Source: Sphyrna mokarran
Taxonomy: Eukaryota
DNA: 64,000 nucleotides
Assembly (NCBI GenBank): GCA_024679065.1
Contig: JAGIQG010000006.1
Location: 8,060,001 to 8,124,000 of the forward strand
Reading direction: 5' to 3'
Part shown: positions 40,479 through 52,571 of the stretch, piece by piece
Position numbering within the stretch: position 1 is the first letter of the stretch
How the letters are laid out: each line of letters opens with the position of its first letter
The notes under the pieces: model-generated
Seen by the model: the letters and a program-made list of their open reading frames with translations, nothing else
Told to the model about the DNA's origin: nothing
The model's database searches: none
Translations under genes and position numbers: made by a program

Positions 40479-41739
40479 GAAATATAAATAAAATGTTATA
40501 TGGAATAGTCCTTGACATGCAAGGAATAGGTGAGATTGCGAATGTTATAGATTGATTCCCTTATAGTTGGCCTCTGCAGGCATGTAGTTGTCTCTTCAAT
40601 TCAGATAGTTCTGTGTGTTGGTACGGAGATTTCAATTCTTTTTCCAGCTGCAATCCTTCTGGCTGATTAACTTCCACAGTCAGAGAGAGAGTTTCAAGAT
40701 GTTGGTGCAAAAGGCTATTTTCCTGTCTCAGTTACTGAATCAGATACGTTTTGTGCAGAAACCTTCCAGCTGCTTTTTCCCGAAGCACATGTACACAGAC
40801 CAACAAATAGACACCAGCAGTCTGGTAACAAACAGGCTTTTAACCCTCAACTATATCAGAAAGAAAAGATAACATTTCTAATGTCTATCTTATTCTCTAA
40901 CATTCAGGATTAATATAACGTATATGTGAATTAAGAGGTGAACTGGTCAGACACAGCACACTGCACTCTATATGGCAAATTTGACTAAGACAGAGCCCAA
41001 AGATTTTTCAGCAACCCACCCAGATGTCAGTCACCTCTGAGAGTCAACCAATCTCACTTTGACTATGGGTGGAATTTTAGGAGAAAAATTCTAAATGTCC
41101 AGTTAGCATTAAAATGGGAGAGTTAGAGATCTGATTTTTGGGTGAACATTATTCCTAATCTTATGCATCTAGTGTCTGAAAAATGGGTTAGACTGTTTCT
41201 AGCTACTAAAGGTAGTGGGCAGGGATTAATTCAGCAGTCAGTTTGCTCTAGGAGCAGAGGGAACTCTTGCAGGTGGCAAGAGACAGAGAGAGGAAAAGCT
41301 GTCAGGCCTCTGCTGTTGCAACCAGCCTCAACCCAGCCTCTCCCAACATTATTGTGGTGCTCCGTGAATGATAGTGAGCCCCACAATGCCCAAAAATATC
41401 GCTCCCCCCGTCCCACCATCTGATCAGATTGTGATCCCCACTGATCAAAGCTGCAGAGTGGCAGTGGGCCCTCCTCCCTTTCCCCACCAATTGGAGCAGC
41501 CTCACCCCCCCCCCCCCCCATCCCAATCAGTCTGCCCTGGTTTGATCCAGTCCCCATAGGCCCCATCCTCTTCAGGCTCTGGCAGACTCTGATGGGCAGT
41601 GCCAAGGTGCCCAGTGGGCATTACTAAGGTGCCAGGCTGGCAGTTCTGAGGTATCAGGATGGCACTGCCCAAAGGACACTTTAGAATTGCAGCCTATGTC
41701 TCTCTCACAAGGGATTCCCCTATTCATCTTGCGTCTATG

Positions 41740-41865
41740 CCTCACCTGACTTAGGGGCAAAGCCCCGAAAACCAGTGGCATTAAATAAAACTATTGGACT
41801 TCAATCTGATGTTATGAAACTTCTTATTGTGTTTACCCCAGTCCAAAGCTGCATCTCCACATCAT
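41740..41865 (+). mobile_element. Penelope pseudo-LTR fragment with a degenerate hammerhead
   Basis: CTGAC(TT)A-GGGGC-AAA-GCCCC-GAAA, then the same terminus as 6379-6452. Confidence 0.6.
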
Positions 41866-42633
41866 CCACACGCTGACATTGTATTGTCTCTCCTGCCTGT
41901 TGTCTAGAAGGACTACTGCCAACTTTACAGACCCCACTTTATCTGTGGAGTGACTGGATGGGCAGGAAGAGAATGACTATTGAGTCCTGTCAACGCGATG
42001 ACCCAATGTCCATCCAGCCCAGGGAGCATTCTACGAATAGTCAGTGACTACTGTACTCACCTTCTCACTGACATCCCCTCCAATCTCCTACATTGAAGAC
42101 CCCACGCAGGCCTTTCCTCACTCAGCGTGACAGATGGGCGTCTATCTCGGTGACCTTCTTTAGCCCTCAGATCTTTTGAAAGGCAAAATCAGAGGCCCAT
42201 GGGTTAACTGAATAGCCCTGTGTGCTGACCTTTGGGGAGAGTGGGGGGGGCGATCACCTCATCAACAACACATGTTGGAGCTGGGCGGCCTGGCGAACTC
42301 TGAAACCTTTGGCCCTTGTCTCAGATGCAGCACATCTGCTCAACCAACCTCACAGCAAATGCTGAAACCTTGGAATTTACAGAATGGAAAGCTCATTGTG
42401 GAGAGGGTTAACCTGTGAGCAGCAATCAGTGGTACAGATGTACATCACAACCAAATAATTGGGCTTACTTGGCAGTTGTGTCAGAGTTTCTGTGACAGAC
42501 ATGGTAAGCTCATTGCTGTGAAGCCTTCATATTACATTTAACAAGATCAGATTACACCACTGGACCCAGGTTCGATTCCAGCCTTGCATGACTGTGGAGT
42601 TGGTATGTTCTCCCCATGTATTGCTTGGGTTTA

Positions 42634-44180
42634 TAGAACATAGAACATAGAACATAAAACACTGCAGCATAAACAGGCCCTTCGGCCCACAAGTTGTGAC
42701 GAACACATCAAAACCCACCCAGCTATAGACCTATCTATAACCCCCAATCCCATTGGATCCCATATACTCATCCAGAAGTCTTTTAAAAGACACCAGCGAG
42801 TTTGCCTCAACCACCACTGACAGCAGCCGATTCCATTCACTCACCACCCTCTGAGTGAAAAACTTTCCCTTAGCATCCCCTCTGTACTTGCTCCCCTGCA
42901 CCTTAAATCTGTGCCCTCTCGTCGCGACCATTTCAGCCCTGGGAAATAGCCTCTGAGAGTCCACCCTATCTATTCCTCTCAACATCTTGTAAACCTCTAT
43001 CAGGTCGCCTCTCAACCTTCGTCTCTCCAGGGAGAACAGTCCCAGCTCCCTCAACCTGTCTTCATAAGGCATGCCTCCCAATCCAGGCAACATCCTTGTA
43101 AATCTCCTCTGCACCCTTTCAATAGCTTCCACGTCCTTCCTATAGTGAGGCGACCAGAACTGCGCACAGTACTCCAAGTGTGGTCTGACAAGGGTCCTAT
43201 AAAGCTGCAGCATTACCTCCTGACTCCTGAACTCAATCCCTCGATGAATGAAGGCCAGTACACCGTAAGCTTTCTTAACCACATCCTCCACCTGGGAGGC
43301 CGATTTGAGAGTCTTATGGACCCGGACCCCAAGATCCCTCTGCTCTTCCACACAGCTAAGACTCCTACCTTTGATAGTGTACTCATTCATCCCGTTGGAT
43401 CTGCCAAAATGGACCACAACACATTTATTCGCGTTGAAGTCCATCTGCCACTTCTCCGCCCAGTCTTGCATCCTGTCGATGTCATGCTGCAACTTCTGAC
43501 ATCCCTCCAGACCATCCACAACACCACCGACCTTCGTGTCATCGGCGAACTTACTCACCCATCCCTCCACTTCCTCATCCAGGTCATTTATGAAAATGAC
43601 AAACAGCAAGGGTCCTAGAACAGATCCCTGGGGCACTCCACTGGTGACCGACCTCCATGCAGAAAAAGAGCCATCCACAACCACCCTCTGCCTTCTGCAG
43701 GCAAGCCAGTTCTGGATCCACAAGGCCAAAGCCCCTTGGATCCCATGGCCTCTCACCTTCTCAAGAAGTCTTGCATGTGGGACCTTGTCAAATGCCTTGC
43801 TGAAGTCCATGTACACCACGTCCACTGCTCTTCCTTCGTCAATGTGTTCAGTCACATTTTCGAAGAACTCAATTAAGCTCGTAAGGCACGACCTGCCTTT
43901 TACAAAACCATGTTGACTATTTCTAATCAACCTAAACTTCTCCAAATGCTCGTAAATCTTGTCCCTCAGAAGCCTCTCCATCAGCTTACCAACCACTGAG
44001 GTCAGACTCACCGGTCGGTAATTTCCAGGACTATCCCTGTTCCCTTTCTTGAAAATAGGGACCACATCCGCAATCCTCCAATCCTCCAGAACCTCTCCCG
44101 TCTCCATCGACGACGCAAAGATCATTGCCAGGGGCTCTGCAATGACATCCCTCACCTCCCACAATAACCTGGGGTACATC
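42634..44180 (-). mobile_element. CR1 family C, 5'-truncated, uninterrupted 482-aa RT ORF; inserted in a SINE (42550-42630 / 44195-44342)
   Basis: ORF 42731-44179 and tail. SINE head lies on the left and SINE tail on the right. Confidence 0.95.
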
Positions 44181-44530
44181 CCATAATTCCCATAATCCAG
44201 AGATGTGCAGGATTAGCCATGGTAGACAGGTGGAGTTACAGGAATAGGATGGGGGAGAGGGCCTCGTTAAGAGATTCGGTGCAGGCTCAATGGGCTGAAC
44301 AGCCCTTTTCTGCATTGTAGGGATTCTATGATTTTATGATTATTGATACTGTCTGTTTGTTGCTTTTCATCCGCAGTTCATGCTCTTTGCTGAGTTCAGT
44401 TCCATTGACATAATATTTCTGATCTGCAATCGAATTCCACAATTGTCTACAGATTTGGATTATTATCTCTATGTTGTTGGTCTCTCAGCTTTTCTTGTCT
44501 CTGGTCTGATCTCTTTCATTTTCTGTTCAG

Positions 44531-44630
44531 CTGCAGAGACTTTCCCCACTGTGATATTGTGCATTCCACTTGGAGTGAAACTCCTTCCCCTTCTCATGAT
44601 GTGCATCGTTTTATACAGGGACAGAACCAG
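44531..44630 (+). CDS. Exon 4: transmembrane exon with intramembrane Lys (AETFPTVILCIPLGVKLLPLLMMCIVLYRDRT)
   Basis: Pyrimidine tract + ttcag acceptor in phase 1 and AG|GTATGG donor. About 22 hydrophobic residues with a central K, followed by basic residues. Confidence 0.78.
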
Positions 44631-45309
44631 GTATGGGATTTTCACTGCAAGAACTTGCCTTTAAAAGTCTAAAGCTCGATTAATGAGTGAACTTTGGTCT
44701 ATGTGCCTTAGCAGGTCATTCAAATCTTTATGTTATTCTGATTAAATCACACAGTACATGTCCAGCAGAGGTCACTGGATACCAACAGCAGCTGGAACCC
44801 AGAGCAATATTTCATCCCCTACTCCTGTAGCAGTTAAACCAATGGAGAATCCCTATTTCAGCCCAGTTGGGATTGTCTAAAATAGGACAGATCGGGGACT
44901 GAAACGGATCCCTTTGTGGTCTGTATGATTCAGCTCCTCACAGCCTAAACTTGCTGAAGTATTAGAGACATGATTAAAACCGTAGATCACTCTATTCACT
45001 GAGGTCTATTGTAATTTGTACACTGCTGTTAAGGGAGGTTTGTTTTTGACCCTGAATGGTGTGTAGCTTAGAGAGAAATTTGTAGGTGGTGCTCCTTTAA
45101 TCTCTGTCCACGTTCTTATGGTATAGGTTTTAAATTTGGGACAGTCTGCCAAAGAAGCTTTGGTCTGTTGCTGCAGTGCATTTTGTATATGGTGTACACT
45201 GCAACCATATTGTGCTGGTGGTGGAGGCAGTGATAACTTCAGATTTCATCAGTGCTGCACTCATCCAGGCAAGTGGAGAGTTTTCCATCACACTCCTGGA
45301 CATTCTGGA

Positions 45310-47803
45310 TAGGTGCAGAAAGAATAGGGTTGTTTATCTCCCTGGGTGGACTGGAAGGTACCTAGAGCTGGGGGTTCGGATGGGGAGGAATTTGTAAAAT
45401 GTGTGCTGGAGGGATATTGGAGCAGTATGTGGCTAGTCCGACTAGAGAGGGGGCTATATTGGATTTAGCTCTGAGTAATGAGCTAGAGCAGGTGGTTGAG
45501 GTTGCAGTAGGGGAACATGTGGTTAACAGTGACCACAATTCTGTCTACTTTAGAATACAGGTGGAAAAAGATACTTGTTGCCCTAAGGGGAGATTGCTAA
45601 ATTTGGGGAAGGCTAACTACAGTCGGATTAGGCAGGAACTTATGGAAACTGATTGGGAAAGGTTGTTCGATAGAAAGTGAAAATGTTGCAGGAAAGATGT
45701 ATGTAGACTCAGGGGAAGGATGGGAAAGGCAAGATTAGAAAGCTGTGGATTACTAGGGAAAGTGGGGACTTGGTTAGGAAGAAAAGAGAGGCGTATGTTA
45801 GGTCTAAACAACTGGGAACGGAGAGAGCATTGGAGGAATATAGAGAGAGTAGGAGGGAGCTCAAACGGGGAGTTAGAAGGGCAAAATGGGGACATGAAAT
45901 GGTTTTGGCCGACAGGATTAAGGAAAATCCAAAGGCTTTTTATTCCTGTGTTAGGAATAAAAGGGTGGTTAGTGGAAAAATTGGTCCTGTTAAAAACAGA
46001 GGAGGGGATCTGTGCTTAGTCCCCGAGGGAATGGGGGTGATCTTGAATGAACACTTTACGTCGGTATTCACGAAAGAGAGGGACTTGTTGACAGCTCCTG
46101 TCTCTGAGGGAGCTGTGGACCAGTTGAGGGAGATATCCATACTGAGGGAGGAAGTGTTAGAGCTTCCAGGTAGCATTAAAACTGATAAATCTCCAGGGCC
46201 TGATGGCATTTATCCCAGGCTGCTTAGGGAGGCGCGAGGTGAAATTGCTGGGCCTCTGACGCAAATCTTTGTCTCTTCTTTGGACACAGGGGAGGTCCCA
46301 GAGGACTGGAGAATAGTTAATGTCGTACCTTTGTTTAAAAAGGGTAGTAGGGATAACCCTGGAAATTATAGGCCGGTGAGTTTGACGTCAGTGGTAGGGA
46401 AGGTGTTGGAGGGGATTCTTAGAGATAGGATGTATAGGCACTTAGAGGTTGTGATCTGATTAGGGAATCGCAGCATGGATTTGTTAAGGGGAGTTCGTGC
46501 CCCTTTTTGAGGAGGTGACGAAAACGGTGGACAAAGGATGAGCCGTTGATGTCGTCTATATGGATTTCAGTAAGGCGTTTGACAAAGTCCCTCATGGGAG
46601 GTTAGTTGAAAAGGTCAAGGCTAATGGGATACAAGGACAGGTAGCTAGATGGATAAGTAACTGGCTTAGTAATAGGAGACAGCGAGTAGTAGTGCAAGGG
46701 CATTTTTCTAACTGTAGGTCGGTCACTAGTGGTGTGCCTTTATAGGAAGGGGTATAGAGTACAAGAGCTGGCATTTAATGTTGCAGTTGTATAAAACCTC
46801 ATTGCTAGACCTCATTTGGAATACTGTGTCCAATTCTGGTCGCCTTACTACCGGAAGGACGTGGAGACCCTAGAGAGAGTGCAGAGGAGATTTACCAGGA
46901 TGCTGCCTGGTAGAGAAGGACTGGATTATGTGGAAAGTTTATGTAAATTGGGGCTGTTTTCTTTAGAAAGACGGAGACTGAGAGGAGATCTAATGGAGGT
47001 GTACAAGATTATGAAGGGTATAGATAGAGTAAACAGTGGTAAGTTTTTTTTCTGGGTTGGAATCAAATATCATGAGGGGTCACAGGCTTAGGGTGAGGGC
47101 GTCAAGGTATAATTTGGATATTAGAGGGAGGTTTTTCACACAGAGGGTTGTGGGGGTATAGAACGCACTGCCAAGTAAGGTGGTGGAGGCAGGTACTCTG
47201 GAGTTATTTAAGAGATACTTAGGAACATGAGCAGAATAGGGATGGAGGGATATAGTAGACTGATATAAATGGGGATCATGAACCTTGGGATGTTCCTGTG
47301 AATTGCATAAGTTGTGTATGTTGTTGATGTATTTCTCTTTTATCCTCCAGGTACTTCAGTCCGCCTTGTTGTCTAACAAGGGGCGTACGTGCGATGGGTT
47401 GTGAGAGGGGTGCTGTTGGATTTTTTTGGGAGTAGCCTATTGCTTCACGTCGTTAGTGTACGCTTAAACTGGACCAGTTGATGGGCAACATGACAGCTCA
47501 GTGACTATCACTGTTGCTGTGCAGATACAGGGACTTGGGCCAGTATCTGTGGGAGTTTGCACATTCTCCCCATGCTTGCGTGGGTTTTCTCTGGGTTGCT
47601 CCGGTTTCCTCCCACACCCCAAAGATGTGCTCTTGGGCTGACTGGCGAAACAAATTTTCCCTAAATTGTCTCCCCAGTTTGGCTCCAATGCAAATTTCTG
47701 TAAACATAGACAAGGGTCATGGGTGGAAGTGGGAACATTAAAATGGTGGCAGGAGCTCATTGGGCCAAAGGGCCTTTTTCCTGTGCTGTGTTGTTCTTTG
47801 CTC
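45310..47803 (+). mobile_element. CR1 family B, EN-RT with internal deletions plus composite 3'UTR
   Basis: ORFs 45399-47091 and UTR modules at 47225-47803. Confidence 0.92.
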
Positions 47804-48405
47804 TTTTTCCTGTCTTGTGATTTGTAGATGGTTGACTGGCTTTGAGGAGTTAAAATTTATTTATTAATTTATTTATTTGTCGCATGTAAGGCTTATGCTA
47901 ACGCTGCATTGAAGCTATTGTAAAATACTGAATTGGGGGAATGAGTTATTTTCTGCACAGGTTTACCCATCTCTTGACTTTCCAAAGCTTGTCTACAACA
48001 CAACACCACCCTCTCGAAGGCAATTGGTGATGGGCCATAAAAATACTGTCTTCGCCATTCCATGAAAGATCAAAATGAAATTCCTGGGGTTCTCGGGAAT
48101 CGTAGCAGGAGGGACACTGACCATGCAAAGATCTATTGACTTCAGGCGGGATTTTCTTGCACTGGGGCGAGTGCAGCTGGTAAATCCTGCCCTTAATCTT
48201 CAATCTGTTATTGTGACACCGTGTTTATCTGGCTGGCCCATTTCAGTTTCTGATCAATGAGCAGAACGTCACTGAAGGGCTTTATATTCACCCGATATTA
48301 GAATTTACACTGCATGTAACTGACATCTAGTGCAGAGACACAGTACTAATATTCTGACTCAGTTTGATAAGCGTCCTTTCTTTTATTTATAATTTGGTGG
48401 ATATT

Positions 48406-49024
48406 TGGCATATGGAGTCTTGGCTTTTATTGGTAGGGGGATTGAATTTCGGAGCCGCAACGTCATGTTGCAACTGTACAAAACTCTAGTGCGGCCGCAC
48501 TTGGAGTATTGTGTGCATTTCTGGTCCCCGCATTATAAGAAAGATGTGGAGGCATTGGAGAGGGTACAGAGGAGGTTTACCAGGATGGTGCCTGGTATGG
48601 AGGGCAGGTCGTATGAAGAGAGGCTGAGGGATTTGAGGTTGTTTTCGTTAGAAAGGAGGCGGCTAAGAGGGGACCTAATCGAAACATATAAGACGATTAG
48701 AGGTTTAGATAGGGTAGACAGTGATAGCCTTTTTCCTAGGATGGAGAAAGCTAGCACGAGGGGACACCGCTTTAAATTAAGGGGTGATAGTTATAGGACG
48801 GATATCAGAGGTAGGTTCTTTACCCAAAGGGTGGTTCGGGAGTGGAATGCCCTGCCTGCAGCAGTTGTAGATGCTCCAAGTTTGGTGGCATTTAAGAGGT
48901 TAGTTGATAAGTATATGGAAGAGAAGGGAATGGTTTAGTTTGGAGGGGCATTGCTTTTTATATTGGTCGGCGCAACATCGAAGGCCGAAGGGCCTGTTCT
49001 GTGCTGTAATGTTCTATGTTCTAT
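48406..49024 (+). mobile_element. CR1 family A 3' fragment
   Basis: 177-aa ORF and tail. Confidence 0.95.
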
Positions 49025-49504
49025 TGTTTGTATCCTTTAATAAAGACGAATCCACTTTCATTCAATTGGTTTTACTTTTAGTCTGATTCTATGAGCGTCT
49101 TCCTGAGTGGCTAAAGAAGAGAAAATGCACTGTAAAGAAAAAAGTGATTTAATTGATACATTACTCTTAGTTTTGTTGATAATGGACGGGATCGTCCTCC
49201 CCGCACCCTCCCAATCCCTCGGAGTGTATTACAGTGTTGGAGGCATCCTGTCATAGGCTGGGAGATCTTCCAGTCTCATCACTGTCAGTGGGGTTTCCCA
49301 TTGTTTATACTCTCTATCACCAGGGGAACGGTGGCAGGGACTGGAAGATCCCATAGCTGGGAACAGCAGGAATATGGATTTGATTGCTTGTGTACCTTTA
49401 GTTAATACCAGTGTTTTGGTCACCTGACCTGGTGCGTCCTTATGCGCCTCAGTGTTGTATTGCACAGATTACACTGATGTGAAACATCTTGGGATGTTTT
49501 GTTA

Positions 49505-49835
49505 ACTTAAAATCCAACAGATTTATTTGGAAGCACGAGCTTTTGGAGCTTTGCCCTTTCATCAGGTGAATGATAAGTTTGGTTCATAAACAGGACATAT
49601 ATATAAACACCATCTCAATTACAAGATAATGGTTGGAATGTGATATAATTGAGTTTGTGTCTGTATATGACCTGTATGTGAACTGAACTCTTCACTCACC
49701 CAATGAAGGGGCAGTTTCCAAAAGCTCGTGCTACCAAATAAACCTGTTGGACTTGTTTTATGCCTTATGTTAACCTGGTGTTGTGAGACTACTTACTATG
49801 CTTATCCCAGTCCAACGCTGGCAACTCCACATCAT
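49505..49835. mobile_element. Palindromic Penelope pseudo-LTR remnant with two degenerate hammerheads
   Basis: 49513-49625 is the imperfect inverse of 49645-49752, followed by the same terminus as the other copies. Confidence 0.65.
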
Positions 49836-50032
49836 TATTAACTCAAAGGCATAACTTGTCCTCAGAAACAGGATTCTTTCATTATTTCACACACATATTG
49901 GTTATTAGATCTGTTCAAAAATGTGTGGAGAATCCTATTTAAACATACGCTGGCTGTATCTGGAGGTGCTGAAAATGCTCTTATTTTAGTATTAATTTGG
50001 CTTATTTTAATAGATTTTATTTGTGTTTCCAG

Positions 50033-50042
50033 AAAGGAGTAA
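50033..50042 (+). CDS. Putative terminal coding exon (R-K-E-stop), giving a short cytoplasmic tail
   Basis: Strong acceptor ttttatttgtgtttccag (AG at 50031-32) in non-repeat DNA. The phase-2 join gives AGA AAG GAG TAA. Confidence 0.5.
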
Positions 50043-50496
50043 GACAAATCCAACGCAGGAAGCTGAGAAGCCTAATGTACAATCTCAATACAAACCTGTC
50101 TCACTCGCCCTGTGCTGAATCTCAAATTGCAACATGAGCTGGACTTACTTTAATGGTCACTCACTGTGAAATCTTACAGACCAAACCCGAGCAATTGGGA
50201 GCATTGGGGGTTGGACGGTACCATGGTCAGCATGGACCAGTTGTAATTACACGCTGTAATCCTCTCAAACTCTATGCTGGGTTCCCAGAGCAAAATTCTT
50301 CCTGTTAACCTGCCATTTGATACAGTTCTACATCAAGTGGTGATGTTATAGTCTTGGTGGGACAGGATGATCGTGAATCAACAGCCTGACTAAAATCTCT
50401 GCCGTTGGCTGGAATTGAAATTACAACAGGGAAAGATATAAAGCCAGCTACTGATCGGCTGTTTTATACAATCGTACAAAGTCTACATAACCCAAT

Positions 50497-51280
50497 ACAA
50501 AGAACAAAGAGAATTACGGCACAGGAACAGGCTCCTCGGCCCTCCAAGTCTGCACTGACCATGCTTCTCAACTGAACTAAAACCACCTACTCTTCCGGGG
50601 ACCATATCCCTCTATTCCCATCCTACTCCTATATTTGTCAAGATGCCCTTGAAAGTCACTACTGTATCCACTTCCACTAACTGCCACGGCAACAAGTTCC
50701 AGGCACTCACTGCTCTCTCTGTAAAAAATTTGCCTCGTACATTTCCATTAAACCTTGTCCCTCGCACCTTAAACCTGTGCCCCCTGGTAATTGACTCTTC
50801 CACCCTGGGAAAAAGCTTCTGACCACTCACTCTGTCCATGCCTCTCATAATCTTATAGACTTCTATCAGGTTTTCCCTCAAACCTCCATCATTCCTGTGA
50901 GAACAAATCAAGTTTCTCCAATCTTTCTTGATAGCTAATGCCCTCCATACCAGGCAGCATCCTGGTAAATCTTTTCTGTATTCTGTCCAAAATATTCCCA
51001 TCCTTCTGGTAGTGACCAGAATTGAACACTGTATTCCAACTGTGTCCTAACTAAGGTTCTATAAAGCTGCAGCATGACTTGCTAATTTTTAAACTCAATA
51101 CCTTGACTAATGAAGGCAAGCATTCTGTATGCCTTCTTGACTACCTTCTCCAACTGCATTGCCACTTTCAGTGACCTGTGTACCTGTACACCCAGATCCC
51201 TCTGCCTATCAATACTCTTCAGGGTTCTGCCATTTACTGTATATTTCCTATCTGTATTAGACCTTCCAAAATACAACACT
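50497..51280 (-). mobile_element. CR1 family D 3' fragment
   Basis: ORFs 50612-51001 and 51082-51357. UTR as at 2236. Confidence 0.9.
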
Positions 51281-51394
51281 CTGAAAGGAATGTGAATTTG
51301 ATTATTCTCACTATAAAGCTGTGTTTTCTTAATACTGTAAATAGTGAGAGAGCTCATGTGACTGTGAGTAGGACAGGTTTAAATCACGAATTAA

Positions 51395-51785
51395 CACATT
51401 CCCAACATTCTCTCACAAATTCCCAATGTTTGCATTCCCATCCCGAGTGTTTTCTTTCCTTTTTCCGGCATTTTCCTCATTTTCCCAGATTTGGAGCAGA
51501 AATTCTCAGAGCTTTCTCTCTCATTCCTGCTATTTTATCTCTTCCCTGGTATCTTCTTTCACATTCCCAATTTTTTCCCTCCTATTTCCAGTATTTTCTT
51601 CCACTTATAGCACTTTCACTCGTCCTCAGTATTTTCTCACATTCTTGGCGTTTCCCATTCCCCGGTGTTTTCTCTCCCATTCCCAGGATTGTCCGACATT
51701 TCTGGTGTTTCCTCTTGCATTCCTGGTATTTCATCGCAGATTCCCAGGGTTTTCTCTGACTTTCCAGGAATTTTCTCCCACTTTC
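51395..51785 (+). repeat. Degenerate pyrimidine-rich minisatellite (~21-22-nt units, roughly CATTCCCAGTRTTTTCTCTCA)
   Basis: Recurrent attccc / ttttctc motifs. Confidence 0.55.
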
Positions 51786-52571
51786 GATCAGTTGCCCCAT
51801 GTGAGCATTCAGAGCCAATCTCCAATCAAGTCCGGACGCGGAAAATTTAAACTGAGTGGGATTTACAGTGGGAATGCAGGAAGAGGTGGAGGGGCAGGGG
51901 AGGAGGCTTTGATGGAAATGAGAGGGAGGTGGAATGACCTGAGACTGGGAGTGTGGAAGGAGGGGGATACAGGAGAAATGGGGAAAGAATGTGAGAGGAG
52001 TAGGAATGTCACAGGACGGGAAATGGAATTGTGGGATGGAGGGATGCAGGAAGCAAGGAAATTTGGGAGGGTGAATGCAGAGGGAGCGGGTAACGTGGAA
52101 TGAACCTCTCTAATCAACTGGCACCACTTTCATAGAATCCCGCAGTACAGAAGGAGGCCATTTGGCCCATTGAGTCTGCACCGACCACAACTTCACCTAG
52201 GTCCTATCCTCATAACTGTTCCATTCTCATAACTATCCTCATCCTGTTCCATTGGAGCAGCACGGAGAGGCAGCGATTTGGGAGAGCGAGAAGTTTGATT
52301 GATAAGTAGCTTTTTAACTTTTCTCTTTGTTTAAAACAGCGAGCGGGAGTAGTTTTTGCCGTTTTTTTTATTTAAACTAACTTGTAACCGGAAGTCGTCA
52401 CTAGGGGCTGCCGGTAGTTGTAGTTTTTCTCTCTGACTCTATAAATTGGTCCAGAGAGGAAACCCGATACTCTACACAGGTAGAGTATCCCACCCTCCCC
52501 CCTCCTCTAACCTAATAATAATAGTGTGTTTGTAGTTTTTTTTTTCTCTCCTGCAAATTAAAGTAACAGTG

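Noticed and set aside
43145-43916. Recurrent antisense ORFs over CR1 ORF2 (also near 7107, 26755, 58811)
   Set aside because: Shadows of the RT reading frame that recur because the copies are near-identical.
44380-44664. 94-aa hydrophobic ORF as a standalone gene
   Set aside because: Only 44531-44630 is bounded by splice sites. The upstream part is intronic pyrimidine tract.
28825-50042. Assigning the symbol SIGLEC15
   Set aside because: The second domain is V-type, the Arg is absent and no synteny is visible, so orthology cannot be shown.
51178-52117. 193-aa and 225-aa Phe/Ser-rich ORFs that look like membrane proteins
   Set aside because: Translations of a degenerate pyrimidine minisatellite and adjacent repeats, with no domain motifs.
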